A stretch of DNA of 59,845 nt, taken from an uncultured Verrucomicrobiota bacterium. Lineage in GTDB: Bacteria > Verrucomicrobiota > Kiritimatiellia > RFP12 > UBA3636. The translations under genes and the position numbers were made by a program. Positions within the stretch are counted from its first letter, which is position 1. The number at the start of each line of letters is the position of its first letter. The stretch is taken from positions 1-59,845 of the forward strand of contig CAMVRE010000003.1 of the NCBI GenBank assembly GCA_947169825.1. The letters run 5' to 3'. The notes under the pieces are model-generated. The model did not search any database. It worked only from the letters and a program-made list of their open reading frames with translations, and had not been told where the DNA came from. Below are positions 27,733 through 36,100 of the stretch, in pieces.

Positions 27733-29946
27733 ATGAAACGATATGCACCTTTGCAGAATCATCGCTTGTCCGTCCTTGCACTTTCGATGCTGCTCTCCGC
27801 TGCTCCGGTTTCCGTCCGAGCCGCCACCCAGATCGTAGACGGTGTTCGTTGGACCTACACGGTCTCCCGAGGCGAAGCGACGATCGGAGACGGAACCGAC
27901 CCGGCGATTTCGACGTCCATCCGTTCCCTTGTCGACATTCCTTCCCGCCTGGGAGGATGTCCGGTCGTTGCCATCGCCCCGTACGCATTCACGGACTGCA
28001 ACATCCGCGAGGTCTGGATTCCGGGAACGGTGCGGACGATCGCTGGCTCCGCTTTCTGGTGTTGCTACAGGCTAGAGGAGTTTTTCGTCTCCGATGACAA
28101 TCGCTGGTTCGCCTCGGAAGATGGCGTCCTTTTCTCGCGAGACGGGAAGAATCTCCTGGTCTATCCTCCTTCGCGGTCTGGATCGCACTACGAAATTCCT
28201 CGAGGCGTGAAAACCGTGGACTGGAGCGCCTTTTACGGGAACAGAAATCTGGTCTCGATTTCAATCCCTCCTGAGACGGAAGAATTGGGTTGGTTCTCGT
28301 TTCAGTTCAATTTCAAGCTCGAACGAATCAATGTCGATTCTCGCAACATGGCCTTTATGAGCATTGACGGCTCATTGTTTACAAAAGATGGTCGTCAGTT
28401 GATTGTTTGCCCGAAGCCTAGTGCGGACCATGTCATTCCTTATGGAGTTGAACGAATCGGGCCATACGCATTCGACATGGCTTTCAATTCGAATCTCAAG
28501 AGCGTGACATTTCCAGACACCCTTCTTTCCATCGGCGAGGGCGCTTTTACCGGGTGTGAGAACCTTTCATCCGTCACAATCGGATCCAGCCTTTCCGTCA
28601 TCGGACATGGCGCCTTCAACGGATGCGACGATCTTTTGTCGCTTTACATTCCTCCATCCGTCACATCGATCGGACCGCATACATTCGAGCAATGGAATGG
28701 CGATGGACTTCGGCAAATGCGGCTTCCCCGTTGGTTTGAAGGGAAGACGGATTCATTCGGCATTCCAGAAGATTGCAAGCTGGTGTTTTACGACGTGGCG
28801 CCGGCCGATGCGACGCAACGAAGCATCCACCGGTTCTACTCGAAAAGATACAAGGGGCATTTCTTTACGATCAACGAAACGGAAAAGGACGAATTGATCG
28901 CGACCAATCCGAATTGGAAATACGAAGGCGTGGCCTATCGCGGATTTTCGGATCGGGTGGGGACGTCGGTTCCTTTGTATCGTTTCTACTCGAAGAATTA
29001 CAAGGGCCATTTCTTTACGACCGACGAAAACGAACTCCATTCGGTGCTGGATTCGAATTCGAACTGGAAATATGAAGGCATCGCCTACTACGTGTATCCG
29101 GCGATGGTCGACGGGGCGGTGCCGGTGTTCCGGTTCTGGAGCAAGGGATACCGGCACCACTTCTACACGACGAGCGCGAAGGAGCGCGACGACCTGATCG
29201 CCAACAACCCGAACTGGAAATACGAATGCGTCGCGTTCTACGCGATGCCGGACGAGGGGGGCGGCTCCGAGGAGACGCCGGTCGAGGGGGAGATCGTGGC
29301 CCTTACGACCTCGGCCCGGAACCAGCAGTGGAGGCTCGCCCACGGAAACGTCGTTCCGGGATCCCTGACCGTGTATCTCGACGGCGTTCGGACGTTCGTG
29401 GACAACGCGGACGGGACTCTGGCCGCCTCGGGCGTTTCGGCGAGCGGACGCGTCAATTACCAGTCCGGCGCGATCACGGTGACCTTCAATTCCGCCGCCG
29501 TCGCCGGAAGGCGGGTGACCGCCAGCTACCGGTATTCCGCGGCCTCCGCCGCGTTCTCCGCGGCGGGCGCCGCGGAACGATCGGCCGTCCAATGCGCGCC
29601 GTGGACGCTCGCGGCCGCGGCCGGCGCCGTCATTGCCGTCCCGGGCGTGACGGACGTAGGCGGCGCGGCCGTCGAGACTCGCGCCGACGCGCCGGACGAG
29701 GAGGATCTCTCGTCGCCGCGGACGGACGCGTCCTACGGTCCGCTCGCGCTGAGCCTGTCGCTGCCCGGCGGCGCGTTCGACGCGGAGCTGTGGAGCGCGG
29801 CGGACGGTACGGTCGCCGAGGAGAAGGCCGAAGGCGCGTTCGAGTTTCCGCTGCCCGTGTCCGGCGTCTGGCACTGGCTCCGCGTCCGCGACGCGGCGGA
29901 CGAGGACGCCTCCGACGCCTTCTCCCTCTGGCTCCGCGCGGAGTAG
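27733..29946 (+). CDS. Secreted BspA-type LRR protein with DUF5648 x3, HGNVV domain and the shared C-terminal domain
   Basis: Signal peptide, WTYTV motif and LRR_5 repeats (V.DDN..FASEDGVLFS). Three DUF5648 repeats; ends FSLWLRAE. Confidence 0.88.
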   Translation: MKRYAPLQNHRLSVLALSMLLSAAPVSVRAATQIVDGVRWTYTVSRGEATIGDGTDPAISTSIRSLVDIPSRLGGCPVVAIAPYAFTDCNIREVWIPGTVRTIAGSAFWCCYRLEEFFVSDDNRWFASEDGVLFSRDGKNLLVYPPSRSGSHYEIPRGVKTVDWSAFYGNRNLVSISIPPETEELGWFSFQFNFKLERINVDSRNMAFMSIDGSLFTKDGRQLIVCPKPSADHVIPYGVERIGPYAFDMAFNSNLKSVTFPDTLLSIGEGAFTGCENLSSVTIGSSLSVIGHGAFNGCDDLLSLYIPPSVTSIGPHTFEQWNGDGLRQMRLPRWFEGKTDSFGIPEDCKLVFYDVAPADATQRSIHRFYSKRYKGHFFTINETEKDELIATNPNWKYEGVAYRGFSDRVGTSVPLYRFYSKNYKGHFFTTDENELHSVLDSNSNWKYEGIAYYVYPAMVDGAVPVFRFWSKGYRHHFYTTSAKERDDLIANNPNWKYECVAFYAMPDEGGGSEETPVEGEIVALTTSARNQQWRLAHGNVVPGSLTVYLDGVRTFVDNADGTLAASGVSASGRVNYQSGAITVTFNSAAVAGRRVTASYRYSAASAAFSAAGAAERSAVQCAPWTLAAAAGAVIAVPGVTDVGGAAVETRADAPDEEDLSSPRTDASYGPLALSLSLPGGAFDAELWSAADGTVAEEKAEGAFEFPLPVSGVWHWLRVRDAADEDASDAFSLWLRAE

Positions 29947-29964
29947 CGGTCTACGCCGTCCGAT

Positions 29965-30025
29965 CCGGCGCAACGGCTTTCGTTCGCGAAAGCCCGTTGC
30001 GCCGGGGGGCCGCATCTGCTAGAAT
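29965..30025 (+). promoter_or_regulatory. Hairpin (29965-30005) overlapping the promoter of the next gene
   Basis: CCGGCGCAACGGCTTTCG-TTCG-CGAAAGCCCGTTGCGCCGG gives an 18-bp stem with one bulge. TTGCGC (29997-30002), 17 bp, TG-C-TAGAAT (30017-30025). Confidence 0.7.
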
Positions 30026-30125
30026 CCGCGCCATGAAGCCGATTGCCCGCGACACCCGCCGCCTCGTCTCCCGCGCCGCAGAACGGCTCGCGTGGACCTC
30101 CGCCCGTCCGAAAGGAAAACAAGCC

Positions 30126-32018
30126 ATGAAACAACTGACGAAAACACTTCTTGCCGCGATACTTGTCTCCGCGGCGCTCGTCTCGCCCGCCCGGACCATC
30201 TACGTCTCCGTGGATGGACTGGATTTCCACTACAACGAATCCGAAGGACGATGGTACTACTACGACAACGACAACGGATACTACCATTACTTCGACGGCG
30301 AGCCCGGCGACAGTTGGGAAAACGCGTATTCACGCATCGACTCGGCCTGTGACGATGCCGAGTCCGGGGACACCGTGCTCGTGGGACCGGGCACATACGA
30401 CTCTGGCCCAGATATTTGGGACGACCATGGTAAGAATCTTGTCATTCGTTCCGTTGCCGGAGCGGAACAGACGATCATCGAAGAAGACTCTGTTTGGCTT
30501 GGCGGCACGGACCGGATCATTGGATTCACCATTCAAAATGCCTCAAGGGACGGGCTTTCTGGTCTTTCTGGTGGATATGCCGACTCCTGCGTCATTCGCA
30601 ATTGTGGCGGAACGGTGACGGGTCGAAGCAGCTATTCCGGATTGATGGTCGAAAGTTACACCGGCGGTGGCGCTGGTGGCGCCATCCTCACAGACTGCGT
30701 CATCGAGAACTGCCTAGGCGTAGGCGCCTCTTCCTGCACGCTTGACCGTTGCATCGTCCGCAACTGCCGGGGGAACGACTGCGGCGGCATCAGCGGTTGC
30801 ATCGCCTACAATACGCTGATCGTCGGCAACCGGGCCGAGGTGATGGATCCTGCCGATCCTTGGGAGGGGTATTGTGGCGGCGCCGATGACTCGACACTCT
30901 ACAACTGCACGGTCGTCGGCAATTACGCCGGGCGCCGTTTCGGCGGCGTCGGCGGCGTGATTGAGAATAACGACGGCAGTTGGACCCACTATGGATGGGA
31001 ATGCGATGTCTACAACTCCATTGTCGTGAACAACACCTGTGGAAACGGTACGGTTTCCAACTACGGACAATACAACTGGGGAAATGGAATTGACGGTTCG
31101 ACATTCGCCTACTCCTGCTCCTATCCGAAACCCGCTGGTACGGGCAACACCGGGACGGCGCCGCGGTTTGCGAACACGACGACCTACGCGCTCGCGTCGG
31201 GATCGGCCGGAATCAACGCGGGGAACAACGCTTACGTCCATGGTTCCTACGATCTGAACGGACTGCCGCGCATCTACGGCGGCCGGGTGGACATGGGGGC
31301 GAGCGAATCCGTGGCCGCCTCGCAGATCTGCACCGTCCACTTCGATGCCAACGGCGGTTCGGTGGAAGTCGATTCGATGCTGTGCGTGATCGGATCGGCG
31401 CTCGGCATCCTTCCCGTTCCCTATCGCGAGGGGTTCCGGTTCGAAGGCTGGTTTGACGATCCGGACGAGGAGTGGGGCGAGCTCGCGACGGCGCAGACGA
31501 CCGCTCGCGGCCGGAACATGTACCTCTACGCCCATTGGTCCGAGGAGACGGAATCTCCGTGGCAGCCGGTCTACCGCTTCTACTCGAAGAGCTACAAGGG
31601 ACACTTCTACACGATCGACCCGGAGGAGCGCGCGACGCTGATGTGCACGAACCCGAACTGGAGATACGAGGGCGTCGCCTACTACGCCGCGACGGAGCAG
31701 GTCCAGGGGACGGTCCCGCTTCACCGGTTCTACTCGAAGAACTACCGCGGACACTTCTTCACCGTCGACGAGGACGAGATGTGGACGCTCCGGAACACGA
31801 ACCCGAACTGGCGGTACGAGGGCGTCGCGTTCTACGTCTATCCGTCGCGGCGGTCGGATCCGACGCGCTCCTGCACGCCGATCTACCGGTTCTGGAGCAA
31901 GGGGTACCGGCACCACTTCTTCACGATCGACGAGGACGAGATGTGGGACATCCGCGAAACGAACCCGAACTGGAAGTACGAGGGCGTGGCGTTCTACGCC
32001 TTCGAGGACGAGCCGTAG
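30126..32018 (+). CDS. Secreted right-handed beta-helix / choice-of-anchor-Q-like protein with an InlB repeat and DUF5648 x3
   Basis: AAAGGA SD before ATG 30126 and a signal peptide. Motifs GDTVLVGPGTY, NCTVVGN repeats and LASGSAGINAG..DLNG.PRI.GGRVDMGASE. An in-frame ATG at 30033 is an alternative leaderless start. Confidence 0.85.
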   Translation: MKQLTKTLLAAILVSAALVSPARTIYVSVDGLDFHYNESEGRWYYYDNDNGYYHYFDGEPGDSWENAYSRIDSACDDAESGDTVLVGPGTYDSGPDIWDDHGKNLVIRSVAGAEQTIIEEDSVWLGGTDRIIGFTIQNASRDGLSGLSGGYADSCVIRNCGGTVTGRSSYSGLMVESYTGGGAGGAILTDCVIENCLGVGASSCTLDRCIVRNCRGNDCGGISGCIAYNTLIVGNRAEVMDPADPWEGYCGGADDSTLYNCTVVGNYAGRRFGGVGGVIENNDGSWTHYGWECDVYNSIVVNNTCGNGTVSNYGQYNWGNGIDGSTFAYSCSYPKPAGTGNTGTAPRFANTTTYALASGSAGINAGNNAYVHGSYDLNGLPRIYGGRVDMGASESVAASQICTVHFDANGGSVEVDSMLCVIGSALGILPVPYREGFRFEGWFDDPDEEWGELATAQTTARGRNMYLYAHWSEETESPWQPVYRFYSKSYKGHFYTIDPEERATLMCTNPNWRYEGVAYYAATEQVQGTVPLHRFYSKNYRGHFFTVDEDEMWTLRNTNPNWRYEGVAFYVYPSRRSDPTRSCTPIYRFWSKGYRHHFFTIDEDEMWDIRETNPNWKYEGVAFYAFEDEP

Positions 32019-32087
32019 CGCGTCCATCGCGCATTCCTTCACCATGTCTGCCGATGCCGGGCCATTCCCGACGGTCCCGGATTGGCC

Positions 32088-33110
32088 TCAGCGGCAAAAG
32101 CGTTCGTGAAAGGCCAGGAAGGAGGCCTTGGCGGATTCGGTCACGTGCAGGAGCTGGAAGGCGCCGCCGCAGGGAACGACGTTGGGGCTGGCGGACGAGA
32201 CAACCAGAAGGCGCGGAATCTTGAGGCCTTCGGCGATGGAGTAGAACCCCGTCTGGTTGCCGATGGCAAGACGGACGGAAGAGAGGACGTCGAGGGCGTC
32301 GGCGAAATCCCGGATCGGGCGATGCTCGACGGGGAACCACGCCGAGGCGAACGCTTCGTGCTCCTCCTTCGTCCCCAGGAAGACGAGTTCGTCGCGGAAC
32401 GGCTCGAGGAAGCCGAACGACAGTTCCTCGCTCGGGTACCTCGACGAGAGGAAGATGGCGATTTTGCGTCCGCCGAGGTCGGTTTCGCGTCCGCCGAACA
32501 GCCATGGGCGCGACAGGTCGGGGGGCTCCGCGAGCCATGGCGCCAGGGGAAGGTAGTAGTTCGGGAGGGAGTTGCCCCAGAGGGGGAGGCAGGTCTGCAC
32601 GCGGAAGAAGTCCAGGTCGACGGCTCCGGCGGGAGTCTCCGGGGAAAGGGAAACCGAGGAGATGTAGGGCTGGCGCTCCAGCAGCGGGCGAAAGAGTTCG
32701 GCGCCGGCTTTGTCGAGAAGACGGTGCCGCATGACGACGCCGTCCGATTGAATCCGCTCGATGACGGTGTCCGTCCGGATGTGAAAGGCGAATCGGTCGC
32801 GTCCCGACGCGGCCGCGACGGCGCGGCAGAACGGCAGCGCGAACACGAGATCGCCGATCTTCCCGGAATGGGAGAAGACCAACGGCGCATCGCCGCTTGG
32901 CGGGGCGAAGACGCCGCTCCCGGTCCGCCCGGGAAGACGCTGGAGCGATTGGCGGGGAGGGCGCAGCGTCCCGGCCGACCAGGCAACGTCCGGATTCGGA
33001 GCCGACGACTTCGCGGCGGTCGCCGGCGAACGGCGCTTTTTTCCGGAAAGGACCGCGGCCATCGCGCAGACAAGCGCGGAAACCGTCCTTGGCGCGAGAC
33101 TTCGTTTCAT
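32088..33110 (-). CDS. GT9-like glycosyltransferase
   Basis: HSGKIGDLVFALP N-terminal motif and AIGNQTG..IAEGLKIPRL C-terminal motif. ATGA-coupled to the upstream giant GT. Confidence 0.6.
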   Translation of the reverse strand: MKRSLAPRTVSALVCAMAAVLSGKKRRSPATAAKSSAPNPDVAWSAGTLRPPRQSLQRLPGRTGSGVFAPPSGDAPLVFSHSGKIGDLVFALPFCRAVAAASGRDRFAFHIRTDTVIERIQSDGVVMRHRLLDKAGAELFRPLLERQPYISSVSLSPETPAGAVDLDFFRVQTCLPLWGNSLPNYYLPLAPWLAEPPDLSRPWLFGGRETDLGGRKIAIFLSSRYPSEELSFGFLEPFRDELVFLGTKEEHEAFASAWFPVEHRPIRDFADALDVLSSVRLAIGNQTGFYSIAEGLKIPRLLVVSSASPNVVPCGGAFQLLHVTESAKASFLAFHERFCR

Positions 33111-36100
33111 TTCCGTTCGTCGAGGAGAAGCTGGATCGTGCCGCGGAGGCCGAGGCAGCGCAAGTAGGTCCGTAGGGTGTCCTTCTTGCGGGAGAGCAGG
33201 GCCCAGATTGTCGCGGGGGGGCGTTTCGGGTCCCCGTGGACGTAGGAGCGGTCTCCCTGGAATGGCTCTTCGAGAAGCGACGGGCAGACGGAGCGGATGA
33301 TTGCGACCTGATGGGCGGCCTTGATCCGATCCTCCCTCGGAAAAGACCGCAGGATCGATAGGATGCGACGGCAGTTGCAGGGCTGGATCGAGTCCATTCC
33401 GGGGATGATGTCGAGCGACTGCTCCACGGACGAGAGCCAGGAGCCGGCGCGCTGCTCGAGGTAGTAGCGGTCAACGGGGTCGAGTTCGCTTGGAACGGCG
33501 CGGCAGTGCTCCAGCCAGGCCGAATATGCGCGTTGCAAATCCGTCCGGTAGCGCACGTTCAGGAACGCCGATGTGAACTCCCGGATGTCCTGGGCCGTCT
33601 GAAGGAAATGGTGTGTTTCCCGGAAGTATTCTCGGACGGACTCCCAGACGCCTCCCCGGAGAACCGCGATGCGGCGCCTTTTGAGGGCGGAATGCGGATA
33701 CTGGCCGAACGCGAAGAAGTTGCGATCCTCGTCAACGGCGAGACCCGCGCAGTGCTCGTCGTAGAGCCGGTAAAGGGCGGGATTCGGAGAACCCGTCCGC
33801 GGAACGAAGCGATGGGGGCGGCCGAGGATGGCGGCGAGGCGTGGCGGCACGTCCCGGTCGCCAATCCGCAAACGGCGGTGGTCCATCGTGAACGTCCCGT
33901 ATTCGACGCCGGCATGTTCAAGCAGGGCGGCGAGCGTGCGCGAATCATATCCGGCGGTGAGAGGAAGCTGGACGCGTCCGGGGTAGTCGGCCGCGATGCG
34001 GCGGAGGAGGACGTCGAACGCGTCGATGACGGCGGCAATGCGCGCCTCATTGGTGTGGAAAGCGGGTGCGGGCGGTTCCGGCGGCCGCTCGAACGGTGTC
34101 CCGGACGAGAAGTCGAGTCCCTGGCAGGGAAGAAGGCGAAGGACGCCGGGTTGCGGGGTGAGGGGCCCCGGATAGAAGTCCATGCCGCCGAACTGGTGCT
34201 TGAGCCCGGGGCTGCGCGGGTGCAGCCCGAGATGTTCGTCGAGCAGCGCGAGGCTGGACGAGCAGTCGCCGCCGCGGAAGAAGACGCCGAGGAGGCCGCA
34301 GGCGTCCATGCGGAGGCGGCCGTCGCGCAGAAGAAGCCATCGTCCGCTCCAGGCGTCGAGGACGCGCTCGAGCGCCCCGTCGGTTTCGCACGCGGCGGCG
34401 GCGGAGAGCGGGTCGGGGACGGCGGGGTCGCAGGACCAGGCGAGGCCGAGCAGAACGGTTCGGCGGTCGGACGTGGCGCGGACCCGCAGATCGGGGTGGT
34501 ACGAGAGGATGAAGCCGTCCGGCAGTTCAAGGTGGCGGAAGTCGTGGCGGTCGAATCGGCGGCGCGAGAGGATGAACTGACGGGTGTGGATGCACGGGGC
34601 GGATTGTGACAACCCGGCATGCGTCCCGAAATGCACCTTGTCGGCGGCGAGGCGGATGTCGCGGTCGAAGAGGGGGGTGAAGTCTGCACCATGCTTCCAC
34701 AGCGCGAACGGGAAGGAAATCTGGTCTCGCCGGGATCCGGCGGCCAGCTCCTCCCACCAGGTCGCGAAAACGGCGCGGACGCGAGGATCGGTCGGACGGA
34801 GGGCGACGATCGTCGTCTCCGCGAAGGGATGCCTCTCCGGCAGTCCGACTGCGAGGTAGCGGGCGGCCTGGGCGCGGAGGAGGGCGGGATCGTCGTTGCC
34901 GTAGAACACGCACGTCTCCACTTCGTCCCGGATGTTGTCGCGGTCGAAGTGCCGGAGTGTCGCGATCGGATTCGGTCCGGCGAGCAGCTTTTCTCGGATT
35001 TCGCGTTCGACGCCGGGCAGAAGCGTGATGTTGCCGTCGATCCACACGACTGTCTCGGCATCGGGGAAGAGGTCGGGGGCGTGGAGCTTGTGCCAGCGTG
35101 CGGTGCGGGTCGGGTCCTCGTCCGTCCACTCGAACGGGCGGTAGGTCCACGGGCCCTCCTCGGCGGCGGGGGCTGGCGCGAAGTAGATGTAGTCCGTCTC
35201 GGGGTCCGGCGCCTCCGGGAGCTTGAGCGTCTCGTAGCCGCCGGCGATGGCGGTGTAGACGACATGGCGCGCGGGGGCGGCACGGCCGGCCCTGGCCTTG
35301 CGCCAGACCTCGAGGCGGGCGTCGCGGAGCCAGTCGGGGACGGGAACCCATGCCGGAATCCGGAAATCGGGAAAACCGTCGGAATCGATGGCCGGGCGCC
35401 TGGGCTTGGAGATGTCGCCCGCCGCGGCAAGCCATGCATGGTGGCGTACGCCGTCGGTGCGCCAGACGTCGTTGTTCGCCGCCGTTTCGTCGAGCGAAAG
35501 GCGTGCGCCGCACAGGCGTGCGAGGAGGAGGACGCGGGCTTCGTCGGGGCGGGGGAGGGGGAAACCGGAAAGCCGGACGGTCCCGGCGGGGGACAGGTCG
35601 GTCCGGTCGAGCGCGGCGGGGTCCGCGGGCGTCTCGTCGCGTGTCTTCTCCGCCGCGAAGGGAGCGGGGGGGCCCGCCACGGCGCCGGCGGCGGAATGGT
35701 CGAGAAGCGAGCAGTAGAGGTCGATGTAGCGGGCGGCCATCCGGCAGACCGTGTTGCGGGCGCCTTCGCCGTTCTGCCAGGCGCGGACGGCCTCGGCCGC
35801 GCGCTCGAACGCGGCGGGACTTCCCGCCGCTTCGCGGATGGCGGCGAGGATGGAGTCCGGCGTCGCGTCGGGGGGGAGGAGACGGCCGCCGCCGGCGCAT
35901 TCGGAGCGGAGGCGCTCGCCGGGGGCGCCGAGATCGAACGCGAAGACGGGGAGCCCGGCGGCCCAGCACTCGGTCAGGGTGTGGCACCAGGTTTCCGGCC
36001 ATGGCGAGAGAATGGCGGCGAAGGAAGGCCGGATCTCCCGGACGCGCGCGGAGAAGTCGTTGCGTGCGTAGGGGCCGTGGAAGACCAGGCCGGGGCGGGC

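Noticed and set aside
29226-30125. ORF-track N-terminal extensions of real genes (also 4355, 6313, 18458, 19902, 40279, 40539, 41948, 51309, 59673 and others)
   Set aside because: They overlap upstream genes or promoters. Better starts are supported by SD sites, -10 boxes, ATGA coupling or signal peptides.
7627-32015. Recurrent AACCCGAACTGGAA(G/A)TACGA-like sequences resembling CRISPR repeats
   Set aside because: They are the coding NPNW.YEG part of the DUF5648 repeats, in frame within CDSs. The spacing (about 140-150 bp) follows the protein repeat, and no cas genes are present.
6481-32018. Surface-protein array as an integrated mobile element or prophage
   Set aside because: No integrase, transposase, terminal repeats or tRNA target is visible. 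Low-GC patches are confined to individual domains rather than spanning the region.
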